Source: a virus. From it: a DNA stretch of 64,000 bases. The DNA lies in the IMG/VR virus record IMGVR_UViG_3300046008_000291, positions 1 to 64,000 of that record, one strand, 5' to 3'. A program made the translations under genes and the position numbers. Each line of letters opens with the position of its first letter. Positions within the stretch are counted from its first letter, which is position 1. Below, piece by piece: positions 8,774-18,659 of the stretch. A model generated the notes under the pieces. That model was given only the letters and a program-made list of their open reading frames with translations. It was not told the DNA's origin and made no database searches.

Positions 8774-9795
8774 TATGCTGTCTTCATACAAGTTGTACGT
8801 GCCATGCTTTCCCAAGTGTTAGGAAAACTCTTGTATAGCTGTGCTACTTTAATTGCCATACGCAAACTCATCTCACGCATTTTGTTTTTGTTAGCATCTA
8901 AAAAATCAATAATAACATCTTGTCCAACTTCGCTAATGCCCAAGTCACTAAACATCTCACCTTGTTTAGCAATCTGTCTAATACGCAATACTTTATCACG
9001 CATAGTGTCTAATGTCAAATCTAAATAGTGACAACGTGACTGTAATGCTTCTAAGTGATCCTTCAAACGTTGTGACTTAACTGCATCAAATTTTAAGTTA
9101 GTAATAAAAATTACACTACCTTTAAATTGGAAACTGTTAGGAATGTCTTCTTGTTTTAGCACACGAGATTCTGACAACCAGCTAATCTTACGTGACTTGC
9201 CGCTGTCTAACGCACCTTTAAGCAAGTTCAAACTAACATCATCAAATAGTATGCTATCACAGTCATCAAATACAATAACGCTGTTAGCATCACTGTACTC
9301 GTACAATACCTTGTACAAACCAATAGCACTAGCACTACCTTTAACCACAGTGTGTTTAGGTTTTGCATTAGCAATGTTTTGGAATAAGTTTGCTTTGTCA
9401 ATTTGTGCTTCCACAGTATAGCTTTTACCCACACCCGGAGGTCCACTTACAATCATCGCACGTATATCACCGTTCAATACTGCCTTAGTCATTTCGTCAA
9501 GCATTTCAAAACGCAAGCCAATATCAGCAATACGTTCTTCGTCTGACTGTTTGCTAGTTGCGTCTACTTCTTTAGCAGTTACTACACCAGTATACTCGTC
9601 AGCATGTACAAACTCAATGTCTGTAGGACTTTCTACTAATACTCTAATTTTATCTTTACCAAACTGCCCTGTACCATCAACAGTAATAAAGCCGCCTTTA
9701 GCACCAACAGTATAATGTTTTACAAGTGGAAATACTTCGTTTTTAATTTCAGTGTTTCTATAACTACCATTTTTAATTTTAACAAAACCAGTCAT
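8773..9795 (-). CDS. AAA+ family ATPase
   Basis: Walker A GPPGVGKS, Walker B VIVFDD, sensor FITN, ALQSR arginine finger. Confidence 0.85.
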   Translation of the reverse strand: MTGFVKIKNGSYRNTEIKNEVFPLVKHYTVGAKGGFITVDGTGQFGKDKIRVLVESPTDIEFVHADEYTGVVTAKEVDATSKQSDEERIADIGLRFEMLDEMTKAVLNGDIRAMIVSGPPGVGKSYTVEAQIDKANLFQNIANAKPKHTVVKGSASAIGLYKVLYEYSDANSVIVFDDCDSILFDDVSLNLLKGALDSGKSRKISWLSESRVLKQEDIPNSFQFKGSVIFITNLKFDAVKSQRLKDHLEALQSRCHYLDLTLDTMRDKVLRIRQIAKQGEMFSDLGISEVGQDVIIDFLDANKNKMREMSLRMAIKVAQLYKSFPNTWESMARTTCMKTA

Positions 9796-9864
9796 TTATT
9801 GCTCCTTTTGTTGTTTTCTTAGTATTCGTAATTATAGCACCTCTGCGTGTGCTTGTCAAGTACT

Positions 9865-10152
9865 TTAGTAGTTAAGTTCGCGGAAGTCTGAATATGGAAT
9901 TGTGTAGTTGTTAGCACGAATAATTGTGACTAACTCTTTGGCCGCCGCGTTGTAAAAACGAGCGAATTGACGAACTTGTAGACCGCTACGTTCACCGTCG
10001 CAGGTTAAGTTCTCTGGGCTTAGATCATTGTCTAAACTATCATACAAATTTTGACAATCACGTTCTGATAAGTTATTAACATCGTAGGTTACATTATTGA
10101 AAATACGTGCCCAAGCATTTTTTTGTTCAATGTATTGTGCTAGATTTTTCAT
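9865..10152 (-). CDS. Hypothetical early protein
   Basis: 95 aa with SD and upstream TTGACA-17-TATAAT. Confidence 0.7.
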   Translation of the reverse strand: MKNLAQYIEQKNAWARIFNNVTYDVNNLSERDCQNLYDSLDNDLSPENLTCDGERSGLQVRQFARFYNAAAKELVTIIRANNYTIPYSDFRELNY

Positions 10153-10218
10153 TAGTTGCTCCGTGTTGTTAGTGTATGTATAGCATTATACAGTCATTTA
10201 ACCAAAATGTCAACTACT

Positions 10219-10419
10219 TTATTGGGCTAATTTTGTGAAAATACTTTGTTGGAGTTCTGCTACTTCATCGTTTGGTACGTAGAAGTCTGTAGTTGGGTCG
10301 TAATACTCGCCTGCAGGTGCATCGTAGTACAATACGCGACCGTTTGGATAATGGAATGGGCCTTCTAAGCCCTTGCGTGGGCCATATTCTTTGCCATTTT
10401 GAAAAACTGTGTAGGCCAT
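10219..10419 (-). CDS. Hypothetical early protein
   Basis: 66 aa with SD and upstream sigma70 promoter. Confidence 0.7.
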   Translation of the reverse strand: MAYTVFQNGKEYGPRKGLEGPFHYPNGRVLYYDAPAGEYYDPTTDFYVPNDEVAELQQSIFTKLAQ

Positions 10420-10486
10420 TTGTCTATTCCTTATTAACTAAACAAATGCTATTATACGTTCTTTTGGGTTAGTTGTCAACCGTTAT

Positions 10487-10615
10487 TTAATCACAGTCAG
10501 AGAACGCTTCTATCAAACGTTTGTTACATTCTGTGTCGCCTGGTTGACAGACAGTTGATGGAATAGTTGGTTCTTGTGGTGTAGTTGGTACGGTTGGTTC
10601 TGTAGTAGTCGACAT
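10487..10615 (-). CDS. Hypothetical small protein (start revised to MSTTTEP)
   Basis: SD AAGGGA before ATG 10615; the ORF-track start at 10720 lies directly after a -10 box. Confidence 0.5.
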   Translation of the reverse strand: MSTTTEPTVPTTPQEPTIPSTVCQPGDTECNKRLIEAFSDCD

Positions 10616-10743
10616 TGTATGTCCCTTGGTTAATTTGTATGGCAATTTTGTCACCATGCAAATATTTAGTTGTTTATGAAAATAATAAGTAGCACCATTC
10701 ACTAAAAACATAGTATACATGAATTTAGTGAAGGTGTCAAGCG

Positions 10744-11280
10744 TTATCTTATAGCAACTTTATCGCCACTGTAGAATGTGTGTCCGCCGATGCGATCTAT
10801 TCTTTCAAGACCCCACTTTGGACGTACTCGAGCATTGTGAAAATACAATGCGTCAGAACCGAGTGATTCTAATCTAAGTCCGTCAAGTAATACCTTACGT
10901 GCAATTTCCTGACTTTCCTTCCATGCTTTAGAATATACTCGTCGACCTTTAGCCAACGGATCACATACCCACGAGAACTGACATATAGTTTTGTCTGCTA
11001 CTTGAGTTTTTTGATGTACAACCCCGCATATGGTTGATGGGAATTTACCATTGTTAGCTCTATTGATGGTTACCTGAGCTACTGCTACTTTGCCGTTAAA
11101 ACTTTCACTACCGGCTTCATGGTAAATGTTTTGTGCTAGACACGTTAATTGTCGTTGCGTTGATGCGTTTATTTCTTCATTTGCTTGCGCAGATGTTGTT
11201 ACTGTTACTGCTATTACAACAATGGACAGATTTGCCCAGGTTAGTAAATTTCTGTGAAACAATCGTGAGATTGATCGCAT
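10744..11280 (-). CDS. Cell wall hydrolase, SleB/Hydrolase_2 family
   Basis: CLAQNIYHEAGSE, VAQVTINR, ICGVVHQ, CQFSWVC, ALYFH, IGGHTFY. Confidence 0.92.
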   Translation of the reverse strand: MRSISRLFHRNLLTWANLSIVVIAVTVTTSAQANEEINASTQRQLTCLAQNIYHEAGSESFNGKVAVAQVTINRANNGKFPSTICGVVHQKTQVADKTICQFSWVCDPLAKGRRVYSKAWKESQEIARKVLLDGLRLESLGSDALYFHNARVRPKWGLERIDRIGGHTFYSGDKVAIR

Positions 11281-11321
11281 AGCGTTTCCTCCTGTTTAGT
11301 TTTGTCTTTAGGTTGTCGGCC

Positions 11322-11558
11322 TTAAGAATTGATGTCAGCAAGTGCCTTTTCGATGCTGACATAATATTGGCATGATCGTGTGTTCATATCTTTAATCATT
11401 ACCAAGTCATAATCATCAAATGGTGCACGGGTAATCTGTGTGCTTGATGTGTGTCTATGACATTTTTCTCGCTTTGCGCAATATCTTCCTGCGCAATAGT
11501 AAGTTCTTGCTTCTGTACTACTTATATCTGCTACTGTCATTACCTTAGATTTCGTCAT
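11322..11558 (-). CDS. Hypothetical Cys-rich protein
   Basis: 78 aa, YCAGRYCAKREKCHRH...CQYY. Confidence 0.6.
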   Translation of the reverse strand: MTKSKVMTVADISSTEARTYYCAGRYCAKREKCHRHTSSTQITRAPFDDYDLVMIKDMNTRSCQYYVSIEKALADINS

Positions 11559-11638
11559 CTGAATCCTCCGAAGGTATAGTATATAGTTAAAGTTTGATCT
11601 TGTTTACTGTATACTTTACTAGATGCAGATTAGGATAA

Positions 11639-12472
11639 CTACTCTAATCCCAAAATCGCCGGATGTTGTCGTAGTAAGCTATTTCTATAATGGTTCCAAA
11701 TGTTGTACAATTCATCACTATTATGTTCATTTATCAGTACTTTTAGGCTAGATAATGCTCGTAAATCGCCCAAATATGGCTTATATTTTTCCGGCACAGT
11801 TTCAGACGTATATTGGTAGCCAAGTGCAGAAATCTGCTCTAAATCAATAAATGTAGGAATTAATCTTTCAATCAAAAATGTAAAGTTTGGTAATGTTTTA
11901 TCATGTGCATAGTTGCTCAACCCTGCACCAAATACCTGATGTTTAAACACAGGATCCTTTTCTGCTTCTGTAAATAGTCGACGTGAAAACGTCATAAATC
12001 TTTCCCAGAATGATCTGCTACCAACAATATAATTTGCAAACATTGTGCAGTTGCGATCAAGTACCATGCTTTTTACATCAACATCTTCATAACCAAGTTT
12101 AGTTAAAAAGCTATTGCCAATTGTAGATATGTTAGGATGATATAGATCACCTTGTTCCCAGCTATTAGCAAATACTGCTTCGTTAACTATACATGGATTA
12201 ACAAAATAAACATCAGCGCCGGGATTACTTGTAATAAAGTCAATAAATTGTTGACCTGACAGGTTAGTTTTTTCTTTGAACTTCCAAGACACAAATCCCC
12301 AGTAGTCTAATCCCTGTGCCAGAATGTTTTCGTATTCTCTATCCCACACGTCCCACTCACGTAATTCTGGACGAGGGTTCGCTGTATTATCCAATGGAGT
12401 AAACGCAGGATCGCAGTGCTGTTTTAATTCTGGCTTAAAGTATATTTGAAAAATTTTCATGTTTGTCGACAT
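11639..12472 (-). CDS. Glycosyltransferase-like hypothetical protein
   Basis: 277 aa, last gene of sugar operon; WGFVSWKF, FANYIVG..FW, IERL. Confidence 0.45.
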   Translation of the reverse strand: MSTNMKIFQIYFKPELKQHCDPAFTPLDNTANPRPELREWDVWDREYENILAQGLDYWGFVSWKFKEKTNLSGQQFIDFITSNPGADVYFVNPCIVNEAVFANSWEQGDLYHPNISTIGNSFLTKLGYEDVDVKSMVLDRNCTMFANYIVGSRSFWERFMTFSRRLFTEAEKDPVFKHQVFGAGLSNYAHDKTLPNFTFLIERLIPTFIDLEQISALGYQYTSETVPEKYKPYLGDLRALSSLKVLINEHNSDELYNIWNHYRNSLLRQHPAILGLE

Positions 12473-13220
12473 AATATGCTAGTTCCTTAGATATATCTCT
12501 TGCTCGAGGAACAAATTCGTTCTCAAGTCTATAGTTTAATGTTTCTTTGTTTGTAATGTGATGATATCCCCAACCGCGTTGACGGTCTAATAGAGGTATT
12601 TGTGTTTGTATTTGCAGTTTACGTGCAATACCATCTTCATCAAACGGACACCATCCATAATATAATATAGCCAACTTATCTGTAGTATAGAAGTTGTAGT
12701 GACGTCCGGGAGCCATACAATCACCAGTGGTTGATATTGGATAAGGCACGTGTCCTTTGTGTAGTCGTCTGGCACGACGTTCTAAGAATGCCTGATTGCT
12801 GTCGCTGAATACAAAGCCATGATGTTTTTGTTTGTACAAGGGCAGGTCGTGTGTAACAGTCTGCTCTCTATCGGTGTCTACCATAAAGATACTTGGTACT
12901 AGTATATGTTCAGGACCACGGTCATCCATTGCTGTGTAATCACCAATTAGCTGTTCTGTTACATTAAGACAAATCTTCCAACCTTCAATGCCAGCTTCAA
13001 TGTCGTTGACTTCTACATCAATTAAGTCTGCTTGAAAGTTTGGGTTACGACTAGTTACAATATCCCATGTAGGACAGATCTCTCGAATGATGTCACGACT
13101 ACGATCAGTGCTGTGATAGTCAATCATCACGCCGTGGTCAAATATCTGCTTATGATGATTAAGGAACCACGGTAATAGATATTCTTCATTGTAAAAATGA
13201 CAAAGTAAGGTCTTACGCAT
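12435..13220 (-). CDS. GT-A fold glycosyltransferase (GT2-like)
   Basis: FYNEEYLLPWFLNHH...IDYHSTDRS N-terminal GT-A signature. Confidence 0.75.
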   Translation of the reverse strand: MRKTLLCHFYNEEYLLPWFLNHHKQIFDHGVMIDYHSTDRSRDIIREICPTWDIVTSRNPNFQADLIDVEVNDIEAGIEGWKICLNVTEQLIGDYTAMDDRGPEHILVPSIFMVDTDREQTVTHDLPLYKQKHHGFVFSDSNQAFLERRARRLHKGHVPYPISTTGDCMAPGRHYNFYTTDKLAILYYGWCPFDEDGIARKLQIQTQIPLLDRQRGWGYHHITNKETLNYRLENEFVPRARDISKELAYYVDKHENFSNIL

Positions 13221-14434
13221 TATTCTACACTGATAGTTGGGAAGTAACGAACGAACACATCTTCTGTATTATCACGTTTAGTTTTAATATTGCGTTTAAT
13301 TTCATTAAAGAAATTCCAAGCCAATGGAACAAATGCTACGTTAAGATCTGCGCACTCATCTAACATATCAATTGACACCACAGGAATATGCATGCCCGGA
13401 CTGAAAAGACCCTGCTTCATCGGATTGTCATCAATAATAAAGTCTAATGTAATGTTGCCAAAGTTAAGTAATGTCATACCTTTGGCTGCCGCGCCATAAC
13501 CAGCAATAACAAATCCTTCTGCACGATAGGCCACAATAGTATCTTTAAGATCTTGTACTACTTGCTGTGCTCGACGAGCATACTCTACATAAGTCTGTGG
13601 ATCTTGTAAACCTGCGGCACGTTCTTCTGCTAGTACCTGTTCAACTTTGCCATCTGTACTAGGATGTTTACTAAACACAAACACATAGCTGTTACCATGG
13701 ATAGGTGTTTTAGTAATATCAATTAAGTTTAAGCCTGCACGTTTTGCCAGTTCATTCATGCTGTTGGCACAGAAGAAACTTAGGTGCTCGTGGTAGATAG
13801 TATCAAACTCATTGTTCTTAACCATGTCTGCTTGACTAGTTTGAATGAACAATACGCTACTATCGTGCATGATTTCTTTACATTGCTGTAAGAACTCTAA
13901 TGGATAGCTGTTATGTGCAAATACATTCTGCGCATTGATGATATCAATGTTTTTGGCTTTCAATCCTTCTACATGAGCCGCTGTAAAGTAATCTAAGATA
14001 ACTTCGTGATTCTTACTGCTAATTGGATGTAGGTTTGTAGCTGGGTCAACACCATAAGTTGTTAAGCCAACCTTTTTAAATGAATCTAACTGTGTGCCAT
14101 CATTACACGCAATGTCTAATACACTGGTTGGCTTCTCCGAAAAGAATTCAAATGAGTAGTTAGCAAACCAATCAAAGTAATCTTTAAGTGTTTGGCTAGT
14201 GCCGCTTACATACAAATAGTTACGGAATAATAAGTCAGGATCAACTGCATGACTTAACTGCAAGTGACTACATTCTGTACAACGATTAAGTTTTAACGGA
14301 AATATTAATTCTGGCGTTTCTGGTGATTCTAAGAAACTATTGGCCATTGGTTGTTCACCAAGGTCTAAGGTTGGTTCTAAATGCTTACTGCCACAGCACA
14401 GGCATTCAGTTAATTCTTTCGCGTTATCGGTCAT
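13220..14434 (-). CDS. NDP-hexose C-methyltransferase
   Basis: CLCCG, LDLGEQPMANSF, C..C...QL, YLYVSGTS, LDIACNDG, IYHEHLSFF, GYGAAAKG. Confidence 0.9.
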   Translation of the reverse strand: MTDNAKELTECLCCGSKHLEPTLDLGEQPMANSFLESPETPELIFPLKLNRCTECSHLQLSHAVDPDLLFRNYLYVSGTSQTLKDYFDWFANYSFEFFSEKPTSVLDIACNDGTQLDSFKKVGLTTYGVDPATNLHPISSKNHEVILDYFTAAHVEGLKAKNIDIINAQNVFAHNSYPLEFLQQCKEIMHDSSVLFIQTSQADMVKNNEFDTIYHEHLSFFCANSMNELAKRAGLNLIDITKTPIHGNSYVFVFSKHPSTDGKVEQVLAEERAAGLQDPQTYVEYARRAQQVVQDLKDTIVAYRAEGFVIAGYGAAAKGMTLLNFGNITLDFIIDDNPMKQGLFSPGMHIPVVSIDMLDECADLNVAFVPLAWNFFNEIKRNIKTKRDNTEDVFVRYFPTISVE

Positions 14435-15350
14435 ACTCTTTTTCCCATTGATATGTCATGTAATTGTCGCGGCGTTCAACGTGTGATTCCGCATATCTTT
14501 TTTTTAGACTAGTAACTATTGTACTAGGTGTTTCAGTAAATGTAAAGTCAAATGTCTTCTGAAATAATGTAGTATCTAGTCCAAAGTCATATGCGTTAGC
14601 AGTAACTCCTCGGTCAACTACAGGCACGGCTAGTTCCTCGGCTACAGTGGTAGCAATATATTCAACGGTAGCGTTGAAACTAGCCATGTTGTAGATACCC
14701 GCTTGTGGACGTTCAATACAGTGTGCTATACCTCGACATAGATCTTCAATGCCTAATAGGGCACGATTGATATGCTTGTTTGTTACAGTAATTTTACCTT
14801 GTGTGTTAGCCGCATTATACATAGCATTGATCATAACATCGGCACGTAGGTTAGGTGCCCAACCGTTGACTGTACCAAAGCGTAGACCCATTATGGTATG
14901 TCCGTTACTGATAGCAATCTTAGCTTCTAAGTCTAAAGTATATTTGGTAATGTCGTAATTGTTTACAGGGATAAACTGTCGATTTTCTTCAGTAAACAAT
15001 TGCCCTGGCAGACTGTTACCGTATACGCTTGCTGAACTAGCGTAGATCAACGGAATATTTTTATGTGACAATTTGTCTATTAGATCAGTAAAATTAGTAA
15101 CATTGTTTAACCAAGGACTTTTTATATCGCCGACACAACTAGCCACACTGCTATGCCCTGCTAGTAATACCACAGCGTCAAACGTTGACATGTAGTCTAC
15201 GGTTAATTTATGATAGTCAGTTCTATTAGACGTTTCATCATAGTTGTACCAGCAACAGTCTACACTTTCTACAGTGTAGGTCTGTGCCAATACTTGCCTT
15301 AGTCTAGATCCAACATAACCATTACCGCCAATGATTAAGATGTTTTTCAT
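14424..15350 (-). CDS. NAD-dependent epimerase/dehydratase (extended SDR)
   Basis: GGNGYVG, YASSASVYG, YDITK, LRFGTVNG. Confidence 0.9.
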   Translation of the reverse strand: MKNILIIGGNGYVGSRLRQVLAQTYTVESVDCCWYNYDETSNRTDYHKLTVDYMSTFDAVVLLAGHSSVASCVGDIKSPWLNNVTNFTDLIDKLSHKNIPLIYASSASVYGNSLPGQLFTEENRQFIPVNNYDITKYTLDLEAKIAISNGHTIMGLRFGTVNGWAPNLRADVMINAMYNAANTQGKITVTNKHINRALLGIEDLCRGIAHCIERPQAGIYNMASFNATVEYIATTVAEELAVPVVDRGVTANAYDFGLDTTLFQKTFDFTFTETPSTIVTSLKKRYAESHVERRDNYMTYQWEKEYDR

Positions 15351-16090
15351 TAGTCAATAATCATCATGCCATTTGGAGCAATGTTGCCTTGTAGGCCAAC
15401 TGTGTCCAATTCAACTAACTTGGCTGATGGCACAAACTTTGCCATACTGTGTTCAACATCAATATATTTTCCTTGATTAAAGGTGGCAAACATATTTTGT
15501 AGAATATTTTGAAACAGTTGAATAGTATCAGCAAACAAACTAGGAGTAAACGACCATAGGCGAGTTTGTAACATAGTAGTTACACCGGTATCAGCTGAGT
15601 TAATCCAGCTGGCCTGTGCTCGTTTAAACACATATTTGTCAGCAGTAACATCATTATCAAATTTAGTAATATCAAACTTATCAGTTAATTGATAACGTCC
15701 ACTAAGTTTAAATATTCTCGACGAGTTTGCAATAACTTCCATTATCTCAGGATTAGATGACATGTAAGTAAGCGCCTTGTGCATACCAACACATTCCATT
15801 GAATTTTTACCAATGTCATAATTTGTAATATTGTTATGGAAATGTTGTATGTCTAGGTCGTCGCTGTTATCGATATAATAATCAACTTGATCAATTAGTT
15901 CATTTAATTCTACACTGTCATCTGCCTGTACCGCAACTGTGCTATTATCAATTAAAATAATAGTACAATCTGGTATGTATTTCTTGGCACTTTTAACTGT
16001 ATCTAATGTTTGTTGTATACGTTGTTTAGCATCGTATATACCATAGTTAGTATATACTGCTGATGTAATTAAAACTGTTTGTTTACTCAT
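15350..16090 (-). CDS. Hypothetical protein, possible GT-A glycosyltransferase
   Basis: 246 aa; IILIDNS and IFKLSGRY; within sugar operon. Confidence 0.45.
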   Translation of the reverse strand: MSKQTVLITSAVYTNYGIYDAKQRIQQTLDTVKSAKKYIPDCTIILIDNSTVAVQADDSVELNELIDQVDYYIDNSDDLDIQHFHNNITNYDIGKNSMECVGMHKALTYMSSNPEIMEVIANSSRIFKLSGRYQLTDKFDITKFDNDVTADKYVFKRAQASWINSADTGVTTMLQTRLWSFTPSLFADTIQLFQNILQNMFATFNQGKYIDVEHSMAKFVPSAKLVELDTVGLQGNIAPNGMMIID

Positions 16091-16758
16091 ATTGGTGTAC
16101 TCGTGACTAATTCAGTTGGGCGTTTGCCATCTTTGTCTAATACTACAATACTATCATAGAAATGTTGTCCTGAAAGATCTTTATAAAAGTCGGCAAACAT
16201 CATATTATCTGGGTGACGATCTAAATCTTTGTAGTAATTAACATTCATAGTGTCGGTAATTTGTTTAGCATAGTTTAAAAACGTGCTAGGTACTCGAATA
16301 CCGCCACTATACTCTGGCCAATAGTTAGTGTGTGTATCTTCACACAGATAAACACCGCCGGGAGTAATACTCGACCAAACCTTTTGTAAGGTTAGGATTT
16401 GATGACTGCATACATGACTACCATCGTCAATGAACACATCAATGTTTGGGTACTCAGTTAAGAACTTGTCCCAAAATGCCGGATCTGCCTGGCTACCGTT
16501 TACCTGTATACAACCAGGAGTCTGGTGCTCTAATTTGAAAGAATTCGGATCAATGTCAATACCAACAATAGTAGCACCTTCACCAAAATACTTTTTCCAC
16601 ATTTCAGCACTGCCACCGCGGCAAATACCAACTTCAACTACTACTGGCTTCTTGCCAACAAACTTAGCAAAGTGTTGTTCATAGATATCAAAGTAGTGGC
16701 TCCACTTACCGCAGTGTAGATCCAAATTATCAAATATTTCTCTTAGCATCGTAACCAT
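16087..16758 (-). CDS. Class I SAM-dependent (sugar O-) methyltransferase
   Basis: VEVGICRGGS, GIDID, FIDDGSH, GGVYLCED. Confidence 0.85.
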   Translation of the reverse strand: MVTMLREIFDNLDLHCGKWSHYFDIYEQHFAKFVGKKPVVVEVGICRGGSAEMWKKYFGEGATIVGIDIDPNSFKLEHQTPGCIQVNGSQADPAFWDKFLTEYPNIDVFIDDGSHVCSHQILTLQKVWSSITPGGVYLCEDTHTNYWPEYSGGIRVPSTFLNYAKQITDTMNVNYYKDLDRHPDNMMFADFYKDLSGQHFYDSIVVLDKDGKRPTELVTSTPI

Positions 16759-17771
16759 CTCTCATTGTCAAGTGTCCATTGTACTACTTCACCGATACGT
16801 TCTGTTAGGCTAACCTTAGGTTCCCAACCTAATTCTCGCATGTAGTCACCACTTAGAGCATAACGTAGGTCATGGCCTGGGCGACTACTATGGAAATCAA
16901 CCATTTCGTATTTTAATTCTTTACCTTGTGCATCAGCAATGATCTGTGCTAGTTGTAGGTTGTTGATTTCTTGTTTACCTACTAGGTTGAACTTAGGACA
17001 TTTAGCATCACCGTAGTCTGGTGCTAGTTTAGTACTGTCTAAGCCTAACAAGAAGAACATGGCATCTGCTACATCTGCCGCATGAATGTAGAAACGACTG
17101 CCCGGAATTGTACGTGTGCTGTCACTGTGAATAGTAATAGCATCGCCATCGTTTACCTTACGAATACACATTGGAATAAACTTCTCTGGGTGTTGGCGTT
17201 GACCAAACACATTCATTGTATGTGTAATGTAGATAGGCATCTTGTAGGTATTTTCAAACGCTACAGCTAATTCTTCACCACCAGCTTTAGTAGCTGAGTA
17301 TGGATTGCTTGAGTTGTAACGATCACGTTCACCGTAGTTTACGCCAACTGGTGCTGGACCAAATACTTCATCTGTTGAGAAGTAGATAAAACGTTCTAGA
17401 TTAGGTAGTTTACGTGCAAACTCTAAGATGTGACCTGTACCTACAACGTTGTCCCAGACAAATTCCATTGGGAACTCAATTGATCGATCAACGTGTGATC
17501 CTGCGGCTAAATGTAGTACATAGTTTACATCACCAATGTCACGAGCAACCATTGGATTTAATTCTGCACGTAAGTCGTGGAATACAACCTTAACACGTTT
17601 CTTAGTTTCTGCATCAAAGTTTGCCATCATATCACTCAAGCGGTTTAAGTTGCCGCTAAAGTCTAGACGATCTAAACTAACGATATTCCAATCTGTATTT
17701 CTAAGTAAGTTTTCGATAACGTGGTGTGCGATGAATCCTGCACCACCTGTTACCAGCACGGTTTTTGACAT
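16743..17771 (-). CDS. rfbB: dTDP-glucose 4,6-dehydratase
   Basis: VTGGAGFI, HLAAGSHVDRSI, STDEVFG, PYSATKA, QHPEKFIP, RPGHDLRY. Confidence 0.92.
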   Translation of the reverse strand: MSKTVLVTGGAGFIAHHVIENLLRNTDWNIVSLDRLDFSGNLNRLSDMMANFDAETKKRVKVVFHDLRAELNPMVARDIGDVNYVLHLAAGSHVDRSIEFPMEFVWDNVVGTGHILEFARKLPNLERFIYFSTDEVFGPAPVGVNYGERDRYNSSNPYSATKAGGEELAVAFENTYKMPIYITHTMNVFGQRQHPEKFIPMCIRKVNDGDAITIHSDSTRTIPGSRFYIHAADVADAMFFLLGLDSTKLAPDYGDAKCPKFNLVGKQEINNLQLAQIIADAQGKELKYEMVDFHSSRPGHDLRYALSGDYMRELGWEPKVSLTERIGEVVQWTLDNERWLRC

Positions 17772-17841
17772 TGATGTGTTCCTTGTTAATTGAATGTTAC
17801 TATTATATCAGTATTTATTTTAGCCAATTACGCAACTAAAA

Positions 17842-18069
17842 TTATGCTGGTTGTGATACTTTGCCTTCTACATATTCACGAATGAATTTAACTGCTTTGC
17901 GACTTGTGTCAAATACAAACTCTTTGGCATCTTCTTCTGTATTTAAAATTACAATAAAACCGTTTGCTACTTTACGAATTTCAATTGATTCAAACATAAT
18001 GTGTACTCCAGTTAATTTAAGATAAACTCTTATTTTACTATTATAACATTGTTTTGATACGTTAGTCAA
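17842..18069 (-). CDS. Hypothetical protein (start probably MFESIEI)
   Basis: Short ORF with SD GGAG before internal ATG. Confidence 0.6.
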   Translation of the reverse strand: MTNVSKQCYNSKIRVYLKLTGVHIMFESIEIRKVANGFIVILNTEEDAKEFVFDTSRKAVKFIREYVEGKVSQPA

Positions 18070-18072
18070 GAG

Positions 18073-18114
18073 AAAAGGCAGAAAAACTTGCCAAAATTAA
18101 CAAGTTTCTGCCTT
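18073..18114 (-). terminator. Intrinsic terminator
   Basis: AAGGCAGAAACTTG/CAAGTTTTTCTGCCTT hairpin plus U run. Confidence 0.6.
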
Positions 18115-18125
18115 ATTTGATTCAA

Positions 18126-18326
18126 TTAACTAGGTTGACGTGCTTGACCACCGTTAGCTGGTGTTGAGCGTAACTCGGAGAACTTTTTGTTTTTTGATTC
18201 CATATATGATTGCTGTGCGCTGACCATTGCTTTCAAATAGATCCTGCGTTCGGTTTTATCTAAGATTGTTGCTAGTGTTAATTTAACCATCTTACCTAAT
18301 TTGAAACCTGCGTTTGTTTTAGCCAT
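18126..18326 (-). CDS. Small basic hypothetical protein
   Basis: 66 aa, SD AAGGAG. Confidence 0.7.
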   Translation of the reverse strand: MAKTNAGFKLGKMVKLTLATILDKTERRIYLKAMVSAQQSYMESKNKKFSELRSTPANGGQARQPS

Positions 18327-18338
18327 GTGTATTGCTCC

Positions 18339-18578
18339 TTATCGTGATTCAACTTTGAGATTTAGTACAAAATTTTCTACTAACAGTTTAATAATTGTTG
18401 ATACTATAATTGCTTCACCGGATTCCGAATCAGCGTGTTGCTTATATAGTTCGTATGCTTGACTGCCCACCAGTTGATATATACTATCTTTGTTCAAAGG
18501 TAAGTTATCCCAATCTATAGCATCAGTCGTTTCTACTTCTTTTGCTAGTTCTATAATTTGTTCAAGTGTGTAGTTCAT
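18339..18578 (-). CDS. Hypothetical protein
   Basis: 79 aa; TTGACT-17-TATACT-6-ATG upstream. Confidence 0.7.
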   Translation of the reverse strand: MNYTLEQIIELAKEVETTDAIDWDNLPLNKDSIYQLVGSQAYELYKQHADSESGEAIIVSTIIKLLVENFVLNLKVESR

Positions 18579-18614
18579 ATAATTAGTATACTGCCTGTAG
18601 AATGTAAAGTCAAG

Positions 18615-18641
18615 AAAAAGCTCACCGAAGTGAGCTTTTTT
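18615..18641. terminator. Bidirectional intrinsic terminator after porin
   Basis: AAAAAGCTCAC-CGAA-GTGAGCTTTTT. Confidence 0.85.
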
Positions 18642-18659
18642 GGTTAAACTAAATTATTC

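Noticed and set aside
10616-10720. ORF-track start at 10720
   Set aside because: ATG abuts a -10 box and would not be transcribed; SD supports 10615
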